Counted from the first letter of the stretch, positions 1-9,632 are shown. The stretch: 50,887 nucleotides of DNA from an uncultured Candidatus Saccharibacteria bacterium (GCA_964525595.1 CAZGHF010000002.1:1-50887); one strand, 5' to 3'. Made by a program: numbers and translations. Notes: generated by a model from the sequence alone, not told the origin.

Positions 1-1095
1 TTCCTGAAAGATTCAATGAACTGCCAGAATTGTTTTGCCTCGGCCAACTTGCGAGGCAAGAAATACTGCATTTTTAACAAACCTTACACCAAAGAGGATT
101 ATTTTAAAGAAATCGCCAAGTGGGATTTGGGTTCTTATAAGACATATCAAGAAGTTAAGAAGATGGCCGAGGAGCATTGGCAGAAGTTTCCGCCCAAGCC
201 TGTTATGGATGATTTTTCTGCCAATTGCAGCGGCAGCCACCTTTTCCAATCCAAGAATTGTAAGGAAAGCTATGAAGTAGTCGGCGCCGAAGATTCCAAG
301 TTCATTTTTGATTGCGACTCCAGCGTAAAGGATTGCTACGACATTTCCAATTGGGGCAACAACCTCACTCTTTCTTATGAAGGCTGTGTCATAGGAGAAA
401 ATTGTTCCAATATGAAATTTTGCCAGGAGGCCGGCATAAATTTTTATAATGCTGAATATTGCAAACTCTCAACCGGTGGTTCAAATCATGTCGGTTGTGT
501 ATCTGTCAGGAAAGGTGAGTATGTAATTTTCAACAAGCGAGACTCGGAGGACGAGTCTCACAAAATGCGGGAGAAAATCATCGGACACATGAATGACGTG
601 CCTTACATTGATAGAAAAGGAGTGGAGTATAGGTATGGTGAATTTTTCCCGATAGAATTTTCTTCTTTTGCTTATAATGAAACGGTGGCGAATGATTTCT
701 TCCCTCTTTCCCGGCCGGAAATCGAAGAAAAGGGCTATCGCTGGTGCGAGCCGGAGGAGCGGACGCACGCGGTAACAATGGCGCCTGATAAGTTGCCGGA
801 CCACATCAAAGACGCAAAAGACGATATTTTGAAGGAAATAATCGGCTGTAAAAAATGCGGCCGGGGATTTAAGATAATTCAGATGGAGCTTAATTTCCTG
901 CGGGAGAGAAATTTGCCTCTGCCCCGGCAATGCCCTTTCTGCCGTATTGATGAGAAGTTCAGGCAATGGATTAAAAACCTGCGGGTTGTAGAAAGAACCT
1001 GCAGTAAGTGCAGCGCTGAATTTGAAACTAATTATCCCAAAGAGGAAGTCGATTATATTCTTTGTAAAAAATGTTATCTTAAAGAAGTAATCTAG
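1..1095 (+). CDS. Cys-rich multi-zinc-ribbon protein, paralog 1 (5' end lies outside the window)
   Basis: The frame is open from base 1 (FLKDSMNCQNCF...). This aligns with the mid-protein motif WFLKNCxxCxxCFGC of the downstream paralogs. It shares the C-terminal CxxC..F.II..E.NF....LPLPR.CP.CR ribbon and the terminal CSKC...YILCKKCY ribbon. Confidence 0.8.
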   Translation, partial: FLKDSMNCQNCFASANLRGKKYCIFNKPYTKEDYFKEIAKWDLGSYKTYQEVKKMAEEHWQKFPPKPVMDDFSANCSGSHLFQSKNCKESYEVVGAEDSKFIFDCDSSVKDCYDISNWGNNLTLSYEGCVIGENCSNMKFCQEAGINFYNAEYCKLSTGGSNHVGCVSVRKGEYVIFNKRDSEDESHKMREKIIGHMNDVPYIDRKGVEYRYGEFFPIEFSSFAYNETVANDFFPLSRPEIEEKGYRWCEPEERTHAVTMAPDKLPDHIKDAKDDILKEIIGCKKCGRGFKIIQMELNFLRERNLPLPRQCPFCRIDEKFRQWIKNLRVVERTCSKCSAEFETNYPKEEVDYILCKKCYLKEVI

Positions 1096-1098
1096 ATT

Positions 1099-1128
1099 TA
1101 CGTATTTTAATACGTATTTAATTACGTA
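1099..1128. promoter_or_regulatory. Three TACGTA palindromic hexamers at exact 12-bp phasing (1099, 1111, 1123) in the gap before paralog 2
   Basis: Read directly: TTTACGTATTTTAATACGTATTTAATTACGTAATTAAA. The same TACGTA-N6-TACGTA arrangement recurs at 30032/30044. Confidence 0.3.
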
Positions 1129-1136
1129 ATTAAATC

Positions 1137-2909
1137 ATGAAAATAAAAGGCGCAAATAAAAAAGAAGAATCAAGAAATTGCCGGAGCTGTAAACAGGATT
1201 TTATAATAGAACCCGACGACTTCGGTTTTTATGAGAAAATACAAGTTCCGCCGCCAACCTGGTGTCCGGATTGTCGTCAGCAGAGGAGATATGCCTGGCG
1301 GAACGAAAGAGTGCTCTACCGTCGCAAGTGTGATTTATGCAGCAAGAGCACGGTAACTATTTATTCGCCGAACAAGCCCTACAAAGTGTACTGTCCGCCC
1401 TGTTGGTGGAGCGATAATTGGGATCCGATGGAATACGGCCGCGATTTTGACGAATCAAAACCTTTTTTGGAACAATGGCATGAATTGCAGCTTGTGGCGC
1501 CGCGGATAGCGCTTCTTACCAAAAACAGCGTAAATTCCGAATACACCAATCACTCGTCCGATAATAAGGACGCCTATCTTTGCTTCGGTACTTTTGATTC
1601 GGAAAATGCCATGTATTGCACCAATGTTTGGGGCGGCAAAACAAAAGATTGTATGGATTGTTACCGCATTCTAGGGGGTAATGAGCTTCTTTATGGATGT
1701 ATCGATTCGGAAAGGTGCTATCGCTGTCAATACGGTATTCGGCTCAGAGATTGCACCGATTGCTTTTATTGTTTTGACTGCCGCGGTTCTTCCAACTGTT
1801 TTTTGTCGTCAAATCTTCGTAACAAGCAATATCACATTTTGAACAAACCCCACAAGAAGGAAGAGTATCTTAAAAAAATTGAAGAGTTTAACTTGGATTC
1901 CAGCAAAGCAAGAAAAGAGCTTTATGATAAGTGGCTGGATTTAATGGAGAAAGAGAGTCTTCACCGTTTCGCCGTTATTGAAAAATCAACAGAGGTTACC
2001 GGCAATAATATTTTGAATTCAAAGCGGGCTTATCATGCTTTTGACGGTAATGACCTGGAAGACGTTAAATATTCCGCCCTCTCGGTGGAAATGAAAGATT
2101 CAATGGATTTTTATCACGTCGGTTTCGGTTGCGAACTCATATACGAAGGGCACGGTATGATTTACAACTATCACGCTCTTTTCAATCATTTGAGTTATCA
2201 CAACAGAGATATCACTTATTGTGACGGCTGTCAGGATAGCGAAAATCTTTTTGGCTGTGTAAGCGTGAAAAACAAAAAATACTGCATTTTAAATAAACAA
2301 TACAGTGAGGAAGAGTATAAAAAATTGAAAGATAAAATAATCCGGCACATGAATGAAATGCCTTATGTCGACAAAGTTGGTAATGAGTTCAGGTATGGCG
2401 AGTTTTTCCCGGGCACCCTCTCACCGATTGGCTACAACGAAACCCAAGGGATGGTTTATATGCCCCTAAGCAAAGATGAAGCCCTTAAAAAAGGGTATAG
2501 GTGGGAAAATGAAGAATTCGGAACTTTCGGAAAAGAAACAGTGGAGCCGGAAAATATCCCGGATAATATAGGCGATGTTGAGGAGGGTTTTCTGAAAGAA
2601 GTTTTCCGTTGCGAAGACTGCTCTATAAATTACAACGTAATTGGCCGGGAATTATCTTTTTATAAAAAAGAAAATATCCCTTTTCCCCGGCTTTGTCCGA
2701 ATTGCCGGTATAAGTGTCGTATTGCTCTGCGCCTGCCGCGCAAACTCTGGCACCGTCAGTGTATGTGCGATTATAAAGTCCATAAAAATACCACGGAACA
2801 TTCCCATCACCCAACTGGCAGATGCCTCAACGAATTCGAAACCTCTTATTCTCCGGAGAGAAAAGAAGTCGTCTACTGCGAGGAGTGCTACAACGCAGAG
2901 GTAGTTTAA
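1137..2909 (+). CDS. Cys-rich multi-zinc-ribbon protein, paralog 2 (long C-terminal ribbon subtype)
   Basis: 590-aa ORF. N-terminal CRSC..F.I.PDDFGFYEK..VPPP.WCPDCRQQRR, then CDLC...YKVYCPPCWWSDNWDP. Central CxxC-rich repeats (CMDC, CYRC, CTDCFYCFDC, CDGC). C-terminal CEDC...FYKK...PFPRLCPNCR and CMCD..H..H..C.NEFETSY...YCEECY. Confidence 0.85.
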   Translation: MKIKGANKKEESRNCRSCKQDFIIEPDDFGFYEKIQVPPPTWCPDCRQQRRYAWRNERVLYRRKCDLCSKSTVTIYSPNKPYKVYCPPCWWSDNWDPMEYGRDFDESKPFLEQWHELQLVAPRIALLTKNSVNSEYTNHSSDNKDAYLCFGTFDSENAMYCTNVWGGKTKDCMDCYRILGGNELLYGCIDSERCYRCQYGIRLRDCTDCFYCFDCRGSSNCFLSSNLRNKQYHILNKPHKKEEYLKKIEEFNLDSSKARKELYDKWLDLMEKESLHRFAVIEKSTEVTGNNILNSKRAYHAFDGNDLEDVKYSALSVEMKDSMDFYHVGFGCELIYEGHGMIYNYHALFNHLSYHNRDITYCDGCQDSENLFGCVSVKNKKYCILNKQYSEEEYKKLKDKIIRHMNEMPYVDKVGNEFRYGEFFPGTLSPIGYNETQGMVYMPLSKDEALKKGYRWENEEFGTFGKETVEPENIPDNIGDVEEGFLKEVFRCEDCSINYNVIGRELSFYKKENIPFPRLCPNCRYKCRIALRLPRKLWHRQCMCDYKVHKNTTEHSHHPTGRCLNEFETSYSPERKEVVYCEECYNAEVV

Positions 2910-2994
2910 GCATCGGCTCAAGCTCGGTTTTGGGTCGCAAACATATTTGAGTCAAGAAAGAACTTCTTGGTAAGAAGGAATTTTTTCTGATAGA

Positions 2995-4473
2995 ATGGCT
3001 AAATACGTTCTTATGAGGGTTAAAATTACTCGAAAAGTTGATAAAAAGACGGCGCCGGTATTCGTTTTAAAAGAAAAGCAGAAACCGGATAATCACCCCT
3101 TTTTTAAGCTTATTTCCAAGGAGGATCAGGCCAACCTTCGGGCTTTTGCCGGCCATGCCCACCGGGAGGGCGGTTATGAGCACGTGGTGTTGCTCTCCGG
3201 CGGCAGGCATGCCCTCATTTTCGGAATTCCAAAAGAATTTAATCACCGGAAGGCAATCAAGCTTATGCGCCGGGTGGTAGCAGTTGCAAGAAAAGAGAAA
3301 GTAAGCAAAATCGCCGTTAACCTGGATGATTTCAATGTATCAAGATTGAATCTCGATAATTTTGCGGAAATACTGGCCACTCAACTTGAGATTGCGAATT
3401 TTGAGTTTGTTCAATACAAGGAGAAACCGAAAGACGGGTGGTTTTTTGTAAATGAGACTCAGGTCTACATAAAAGGAAACGCGAGAATTCAGCAAGCTTT
3501 GAATAGAGGAAAAATAATCGGTGAGGAAATAAACCACACCCGGATTCTTTCAAACACGCCGGGCGGCGACATGACCCCTAAGAAACTTGCCGAGGCAGCA
3601 AGGCGAGCCGGTAGGCGAGCCGGGTTTAAGGTTAAGGTTTTGGAGGAGAGCGCGATTCGCAAGCTTAAAATGGGCGGTGTCTTGGGAGTTTCTCAGGGTT
3701 CGGATGAACGACCAAAGTTTGTGATTATGGAATATATGAAAGGTGGGAAGAAAGAAAAACCCGTTGTTTTAGTGGGGAAGGGTGTGACTTTTGACACTGG
3801 CGGTTTAAATTTGAAGTCGAGCGAAGGAATTTATGAGATGCATATGGACATGTCCGGCGGGGCGGCGGTTATTCACACGATGGCGGCTCTTGCCCGTCTT
3901 AAGGTTAAGAAAAACCTCATCGCTCTCGTGCCGGCGGTTGAAAACATGCCCTCCGGCGGCAGTTATCGGCCGGGAGACCTGTTAAAGACGATGTCCGGTA
4001 AAACCATTGAGGTTTTGAATACTGACGCCGAAGGCCGGATAATTCTTGCCGATGCTCTGGAGTACGCCAAGCGTTACAAGCCGCGGCTTGTGATTGACGT
4101 GGCAACTCTAACCGGAGCGGCGATTGTTGCTTTAGGCCCTCGGGCTTCGGCGGTTTTTTCAACTGACGAAAGGTTTACTGAAAAACTGCAAAAAGCAGGG
4201 GAAACGATTGGTGACTTTGTCTGGCCGCTCCCACTTTGGGAAGAGTATGAAGAAGACATTAAAGGAACTTTTGGTGACGTTGCAAATACGGCAACCCAGA
4301 AAAATCGCGGAGTAAGCACCAGTGCGGCATTCCTCTGGCAGTTCATAAAAGGATACAATTGGGTTCACCTCGACATTTCCCCGCGAATGACTGCAGTTAA
4401 ATCGGATAATTTGGCCAAAGGCGCCGCCGGTGCTCCGGTTGCACTCCTTACGCAGTTTTTGAGAAATTTTTAG
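2995..4473 (+). CDS. pepA: Leucyl aminopeptidase (M17 family)
   Basis: M17 signature NTDAEGRIILADAL, plus VGKGVTFDTGG and the metal-ligand region. 492 aa. The start could instead be the ATG at 3013. Confidence 0.9.
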   Translation: MAKYVLMRVKITRKVDKKTAPVFVLKEKQKPDNHPFFKLISKEDQANLRAFAGHAHREGGYEHVVLLSGGRHALIFGIPKEFNHRKAIKLMRRVVAVARKEKVSKIAVNLDDFNVSRLNLDNFAEILATQLEIANFEFVQYKEKPKDGWFFVNETQVYIKGNARIQQALNRGKIIGEEINHTRILSNTPGGDMTPKKLAEAARRAGRRAGFKVKVLEESAIRKLKMGGVLGVSQGSDERPKFVIMEYMKGGKKEKPVVLVGKGVTFDTGGLNLKSSEGIYEMHMDMSGGAAVIHTMAALARLKVKKNLIALVPAVENMPSGGSYRPGDLLKTMSGKTIEVLNTDAEGRIILADALEYAKRYKPRLVIDVATLTGAAIVALGPRASAVFSTDERFTEKLQKAGETIGDFVWPLPLWEEYEEDIKGTFGDVANTATQKNRGVSTSAAFLWQFIKGYNWVHLDISPRMTAVKSDNLAKGAAGAPVALLTQFLRNF

Positions 4474-4477
4474 ATTT

Positions 4478-6199
4478 ATGAACTCAGAAACAAAGCAATG
4501 CCAAAGTTGCAAGCAGAGCTTTGTTATTGAACCGGCTGATTTTGATTTTTACAGGAAAATTTCTGTCCCGCCACCCACATGTTGCCCGCAGTGCCGGATG
4601 CTCCGGCGCTGGATTTGGCGTAACGACAGACGCTTATTCAGAAGAAAAGACGTTGTCTCCGGCAAGGAGATTTTTTCCAATTTTCCACCGCAGGTGAAGG
4701 CAAAAGTTGTAGATATTGAATATTGGAAGTCCGATGCTTGGGATCCGTTGGAATACGGGCGGGACTACGATTTTTCGCGTCCTTTTTTCGAGCAGTTCAA
4801 GGAGCTCTTGTATTCAGTGCCCTGGCCGGCAAAAAGCGTTCAACAAATGGTCAATTCCGACTACTGCGACCAGGCCGGTTATTTCAAAAACTGCTACCTT
4901 TGTTTCAACGGTGATGGAATGGAAGACTCGGCTTATTGTGTGAACGGTTCTTTTTTAAAGAACTGTTTTGACCTGCGGGAGGCCAGTTCAAACGAGCTGT
5001 GTTATGACAGTGTTGTAATCGGTTCCAGCTACAAAACTTTTTTCGCGGTAAGTTCCGAAAATTGCCGCGATTCCTGGTTTCTGAAAAACTGCAGCGGTTG
5101 TACCGACTGTTTCGGCTGTGTGAATTTGAAAAACAAGTCCTATCACATTTGGAATGAACCCCACGCAAAAGAGGAATATTTCCGGAAATTAAAAGAATTT
5201 AATCTCGGTTCTTACGAATCACTGGTTAAATTAAGAAAGAAAGCAGAAGAGTTTCGGTCCGGATTCCCGGTTAAGTACAGGTACGGCGTAAGAAACGTTA
5301 ATTCTTCCGGGGAACTTGTTTTTGACGCCAAGGACGCAAAAGATTGCTATTCGATTTTGGATGTCGAAAATCTTCGCTACTGCCAATTCGTTTACCGGAA
5401 GGTAGCCGATTGTTACGACTATTCGGTTTGGGGCAATGCTTCCTCCGAAATGTACGAGTGTATGACTTGCGGTGACCAGTCCAGTCGGATGAAATTTTGC
5501 TGGGAGGTTTGGCCCGGATGCAATGACGTTGAATATTCAATGTTTTGCCGGTCCTCCTCTGACCTTTTCGGCTGTGTCAGTTTGAAGAAGAAACAGTATT
5601 GTATCTTTAATAAGCCCTATTCAAAAGAAGAATATATCACTTTAAGGGAAAAAATTGTGAGACAGATGACCGAGAGCGGGGAGTACGGCGAGTTTTTTCC
5701 GATAAAGCTTTCTCCCTTTGCTTATAACGAAACGATTTGTCAGGATTATTTTCCTTTGTCCGCCGAAGCAGCGGCAAAAAAGGCGGGTTACCGCTGGCGA
5801 GAACCGGAACTGCGGGAGTTTGAGACGACAATGGATGCGAAGGAATTGCCTGATAATATCCGGGATGTCGAAGAAGACGTTTTGAAGGAAATAATCAAGT
5901 GCTCGTCCTGCGGCCGGGCTTACCGCATTATTGAAATGGAATTCAATTTTTTAAAACAGATGAACGTTCCTCTGCCGCGATTGTGTGTTGATTGCCGCTA
6001 CAAGAAGAGGTTTGAGCACATCAATCCACCTAAATTTTGGCATCGGCAGTGTATGTGCGATTATAAGGCGTATGATAATTTCTCGAAGCACGAATGGCAT
6101 CCGGAAGGCAGGTGCCCTAACGAGTTTGAAACGAGCTATGCGCCAGAGAGAAAAGAAATTATTTATTGTGAGGAATGTTATCAAAAGGAATTAATATAA
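4478..6199 (+). CDS. Cys-rich multi-zinc-ribbon protein, paralog 3 (long C-terminal subtype)
   Basis: 573 aa with the same N-terminal, central and C-terminal motif order as paralog 2. It starts 4 nt after the pepA stop. Confidence 0.85.
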   Translation: MNSETKQCQSCKQSFVIEPADFDFYRKISVPPPTCCPQCRMLRRWIWRNDRRLFRRKDVVSGKEIFSNFPPQVKAKVVDIEYWKSDAWDPLEYGRDYDFSRPFFEQFKELLYSVPWPAKSVQQMVNSDYCDQAGYFKNCYLCFNGDGMEDSAYCVNGSFLKNCFDLREASSNELCYDSVVIGSSYKTFFAVSSENCRDSWFLKNCSGCTDCFGCVNLKNKSYHIWNEPHAKEEYFRKLKEFNLGSYESLVKLRKKAEEFRSGFPVKYRYGVRNVNSSGELVFDAKDAKDCYSILDVENLRYCQFVYRKVADCYDYSVWGNASSEMYECMTCGDQSSRMKFCWEVWPGCNDVEYSMFCRSSSDLFGCVSLKKKQYCIFNKPYSKEEYITLREKIVRQMTESGEYGEFFPIKLSPFAYNETICQDYFPLSAEAAAKKAGYRWREPELREFETTMDAKELPDNIRDVEEDVLKEIIKCSSCGRAYRIIEMEFNFLKQMNVPLPRLCVDCRYKKRFEHINPPKFWHRQCMCDYKAYDNFSKHEWHPEGRCPNEFETSYAPERKEIIYCEECYQKELI

Positions 6200-6227
6200 G
6201 TGATTGATAACCAATAACTGGTAACTT

Positions 6228-7913
6228 ATGGCAGTTGAAAACAAAAACACTTCGATAAACTCAGCATCTTCGACTTGCAAACAGTGTAACACCCAATTTG
6301 AAATAACGGCTGATGATTTGGGATTTTACGAGAAAATCGATGTGCCGGCGCCGAGTTTGTGTCCCCGTTGCCGTCAGCAAAGGAGAATTTTATTCCGGAA
6401 TTTTAAAACGCTCTACAAGCGGAAATCCGATAAGTCAGGAAAGTCGGTAGTTTCAATGTATTCTGAGAAAGCTCCCTTTCCGGTGTGGAGCCACGATGAA
6501 TGGTGGGCTGACGACTGGGACGCGAAAGAGTACGGTCGTGACATCGACTTTAACCGTTCTTTTCTTGAGCAATTCAAGGAATTGCAGAATAGCGTTCCTC
6601 ATTACGCGGTTATGAATACCAAAAGCGAAAATTGCGAGTATTCAAACCTGACTTTCAACAGTAAAAATTGCTATTTGGTTTTCGGGTGCGTTGATGATGA
6701 AAATTCTGCGTATGGCCATATTGTCTGGAATTCCAAAGATTGTTTTGACAATCTCTACGTATATAAAGGAGAACTTTGTTACGAGTGCGTTGATTGTCTG
6801 AATTCTTATCGGCTTCTTTATTCGCAGGAATGTGAGGACTGCGCTGATAGTGTTGGGCTCTACGATTGCCGGGGATGTTCAAGCTGTATAGGGTGTGTTG
6901 GCTTGAAACAAAAGTCTTATCATGTTTTTAACGAAAATGTTGGCAAGGAAGGATACGAAAAGTTTCTAAATGAACATCCTCTGCATGACCCTAGGGCAAT
7001 ATCTTTGATTTTGAAGAAACAGCAGGAACTTCGAAAGAAGGTTCCGCAAAGACACTTTTTCGGGTCTCATAATACCGACGTTTCCGGTAATCACATTTAT
7101 AATTCCAGAAATGTTCACTATTCTTTTGATGTGAAAAGCGGCGAGAACTCAAAATACGTTTTCACTCTCAGGAAAGCTATTGATACCTATGACACTTCTT
7201 TTTCTCCTGATTTGGAGTTGTGTTACCAGGTTCTCGCGGGTCAGGGCATGCAGCAATTCTTTTCTCGGAACTGCGCAAATTGTACAAATATTTACCATTC
7301 CGAAGATTGTTTCAGTTCTCACGACATTTTTGGCTGTGTCGGTTTGAAAAGCGGGGAATACTGCATTTTAAACAAACAGTATTCTAAAGAAGACTACAAA
7401 TCTTTGAAATCAAAAATTATTGAGCATATGAAAAATAGCGGAGAGTGGGGAGAACACCACCCCCCGGAACTATCTGCTTTTGCCTACAACGAATCTATCG
7501 TAAATGAATATATGCCTCTTACAAAGAAGAAGGCTCTAGCTCAAGGTTTCCGTTGGGAGGACGACATTCCTGCAACGAGCGGACAAGAAACCATCTCTTA
7601 CGAGGAGCTTCCGGCAAACCCCAAGGGTTATTCCGATGGTTTAACAAAGCATGTTTTGAAGTGCGAAGTTTGCGAAAGAAATTATCGTCTCATTAAAATG
7701 GAGATTGGTTTCTATAAAAAACTCGAACTTCCTCTCCCAAAAGAATGTTTTAATTGCCGGCATCAGAGAAGAATGAACTCAAGAACCCCGCGCGAGCTTT
7801 GGCCGGGGAAGTGCGCAAACTGTGGGACAGAATTCCAAACTTCCTATTTGCCCGAGAGCCAAAAAGAATACAAGATTTTTTGCGAGAAGTGTTATCTTGA
7901 GGAATTAGGATGA
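6228..7913 (+). CDS. Cys-rich multi-zinc-ribbon protein, paralog 4 (short C-terminal subtype)
   Basis: 561 aa with the family motifs CKQC..F.ITADDLGFYEK..VP.P..CPRCRQQRR ... CEVC..NYRLIKMEIGFYKK..LPLPK.CFNCR ... CANCG..FQTSY...FCEKCY. Confidence 0.85.
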   Translation: MAVENKNTSINSASSTCKQCNTQFEITADDLGFYEKIDVPAPSLCPRCRQQRRILFRNFKTLYKRKSDKSGKSVVSMYSEKAPFPVWSHDEWWADDWDAKEYGRDIDFNRSFLEQFKELQNSVPHYAVMNTKSENCEYSNLTFNSKNCYLVFGCVDDENSAYGHIVWNSKDCFDNLYVYKGELCYECVDCLNSYRLLYSQECEDCADSVGLYDCRGCSSCIGCVGLKQKSYHVFNENVGKEGYEKFLNEHPLHDPRAISLILKKQQELRKKVPQRHFFGSHNTDVSGNHIYNSRNVHYSFDVKSGENSKYVFTLRKAIDTYDTSFSPDLELCYQVLAGQGMQQFFSRNCANCTNIYHSEDCFSSHDIFGCVGLKSGEYCILNKQYSKEDYKSLKSKIIEHMKNSGEWGEHHPPELSAFAYNESIVNEYMPLTKKKALAQGFRWEDDIPATSGQETISYEELPANPKGYSDGLTKHVLKCEVCERNYRLIKMEIGFYKKLELPLPKECFNCRHQRRMNSRTPRELWPGKCANCGTEFQTSYLPESQKEYKIFCEKCYLEELG

Positions 7914-9583
7914 ATCAAGTAGAAGCAAAAAACTGCAAACAGTGCGGGAGTCAGTTCGAAGTAACGGCTGACGACTTGGGATTTTACGAGAAAATGGGCG
8001 TGCCGGTACCGGTTCTCTGTCCCGAGTGCCGCTTCAAGAGACGGGCGGTTTTCAGGAATGAGATGCGGCTTTATTCCCGGACTTGTGATTTATGTAAGAG
8101 GTCAACTCTCGCCATGTATCACCCAGATTCGCCTTATAAGGTTTATTGCCGCGATTGCTGGATGTCTGACAAGTGGGATCCTTATGAATACGGCCGGGAG
8201 TATGACCTCAACCGCCCCTTTTTTGAGCAGTTTGCCGAAATGGTTTTAGAGGTGCCGAAAGTCGGAATATTTGCCTCCACCGATATGGGACCGAACATTA
8301 ACAGCGATTGGACTAACTTTGCCGGCGCGAACAAGGATTGTTATTTGGTTTTTAATTCCGGTCCGCGGAACGAAAACTGCGCTTACTCTCGCGGGTTAAT
8401 AGAGAGTCGTGATACTTTTGATGCCTATTTTGGCGACAATGTGGAGCGAGTTTACGAATGTGTGAATGTTCACAAAAGTTCCGGCGTGGTTTGGGGACAG
8501 AATGTTCTGGATTCCATAGATTCTTGGTTTCTTTTAAATTGTACTGATTGTCAGAATTGTTTTGGGTGTGTTAATTTAAGGCATAAACAATACCACTTTT
8601 TTAACGAACTGCTTGACAAAGAAGAATGGCAAAGGCGGGTTGATGAAATTATCGGCAGTTACGAGAAGTTGGAAGAAGTGCGCAAAAAGTTTGACGATTT
8701 CTCGCTCAAGTTTCCGAGGCGGGAAAATAATAACCTGAAAAACACCAACTGCACGGGTGATTATATTTTTGAATCTAAAAACTGCAAAGAGTGTTTTGAA
8801 GCTTCTTTTTCCGAGGATTGCAAATATTTGTTCTCAAATAAGTACACCAAAGATAGTTATGACCTTTTAGGTCATGGTCGTCAGGCAGAAATGATTCTTG
8901 AAGGCATTGCGGTTGGTAGTGGTACACGTATTATCGGCTCTTGGTGGTGCGTTAACGGCCACGATATTGAATATTCAATAGCTCTTCAGGGCGGCGAGTA
9001 TTGTTTCGGTTGTGATAGTTTGAAAAAAGGTAAGTATTCGATTTTGAACAAACGGTATGATGAAGCTAAATACCAAAAAATTCGCAACCACATTGTAAAT
9101 GAATTGAAAGAGAAAGGTTTGTATGGTCTCTATTTTCCGCCTCAAATGGCTTTCTTCGCTTATAACGAAACCATAGCTCAAGACAATCTTCCTTTAACTA
9201 AGGAAGAGGCGATAAAGCAGGGTTTTCGCTGGCAGGATGACTTGCAGATGACGACCGGCAAGGAAACCGTTAAACCGGAGGAAATTTCTGACCACATCAA
9301 AGACGTCTCGGATGATATTTTGAAAGAAACGCTGGCTTGTATTGAATGCGGCAGGAATTACCGGTTTATAAAACCGGAATTGGATTTTTACAAACGAATG
9401 AGTATTCCCATCCCCCGAAAGTGCTTTTACTGCCGCCACACCGATCGTCTCCGCCGCCGCGGACCTTTCAAACTCTTTGCTCGCGAGTGCGCAAAGTGCA
9501 GTAAAGAAATAAAAACCACTTATGCTCTGGAGAGACCGGAGGTGGTTTACTGCGAAGCTTGCTACCAAAACGAAGTTATATAA
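7910..9583 (+). CDS. Cys-rich multi-zinc-ribbon protein, paralog 5 (short C-terminal subtype)
   Basis: 557 aa. Its start overlaps the stop of paralog 4 (ATGA at 7910-7913). Family motifs are present throughout. Confidence 0.85.
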   Translation: MNQVEAKNCKQCGSQFEVTADDLGFYEKMGVPVPVLCPECRFKRRAVFRNEMRLYSRTCDLCKRSTLAMYHPDSPYKVYCRDCWMSDKWDPYEYGREYDLNRPFFEQFAEMVLEVPKVGIFASTDMGPNINSDWTNFAGANKDCYLVFNSGPRNENCAYSRGLIESRDTFDAYFGDNVERVYECVNVHKSSGVVWGQNVLDSIDSWFLLNCTDCQNCFGCVNLRHKQYHFFNELLDKEEWQRRVDEIIGSYEKLEEVRKKFDDFSLKFPRRENNNLKNTNCTGDYIFESKNCKECFEASFSEDCKYLFSNKYTKDSYDLLGHGRQAEMILEGIAVGSGTRIIGSWWCVNGHDIEYSIALQGGEYCFGCDSLKKGKYSILNKRYDEAKYQKIRNHIVNELKEKGLYGLYFPPQMAFFAYNETIAQDNLPLTKEEAIKQGFRWQDDLQMTTGKETVKPEEISDHIKDVSDDILKETLACIECGRNYRFIKPELDFYKRMSIPIPRKCFYCRHTDRLRRRGPFKLFARECAKCSKEIKTTYALERPEVVYCEACYQNEVI

Positions 9584-9632
9584 TGAAAAGTAAGCGAAGT
9601 CCCGCCGAAGCTTTAGCGAAGGCGGACGAAGA

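Noticed and set aside
481-966. Antisense and alternative-frame ORFs in the track that lie inside well-supported genes. Examples: 481-966(-), 9194-9661(-), 10776-11234(-), 22956-23576(-), 25365-25790(-), 28374-28790(-), 43065-43475(-), 43521-43967(-) and 49871-50317(+).
   Set aside because: They overlap genes with strong family motifs on the other strand or frame. They have no motifs of their own and show low-complexity, Arg/Ser/Leu-rich composition typical of shadow ORFs.
7911-7913. Alternative genetic code (UGA recoding, as in Gracilibacteria/Absconditabacteria).
   Set aside because: TGA terminates family-aligned proteins at the expected C-termini (7911-7913, 13120-13122, 15168-15170, 29883-29885). 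None of the conserved housekeeping ORFs needs an internal TGA. The only anomalous stop is the single TAA in mreB.
9584-9632. CGAAG repeated four times plus a partial GTCC(C)GCC/GGCGGAC hairpin between paralogs 5 and 6, considered as a regulatory RNA or terminator.
   Set aside because: The stem is short and bulged with a 14-nt loop and no T-tract. The evidence is too weak to call, so it is mentioned only under the paralog 6 finding.
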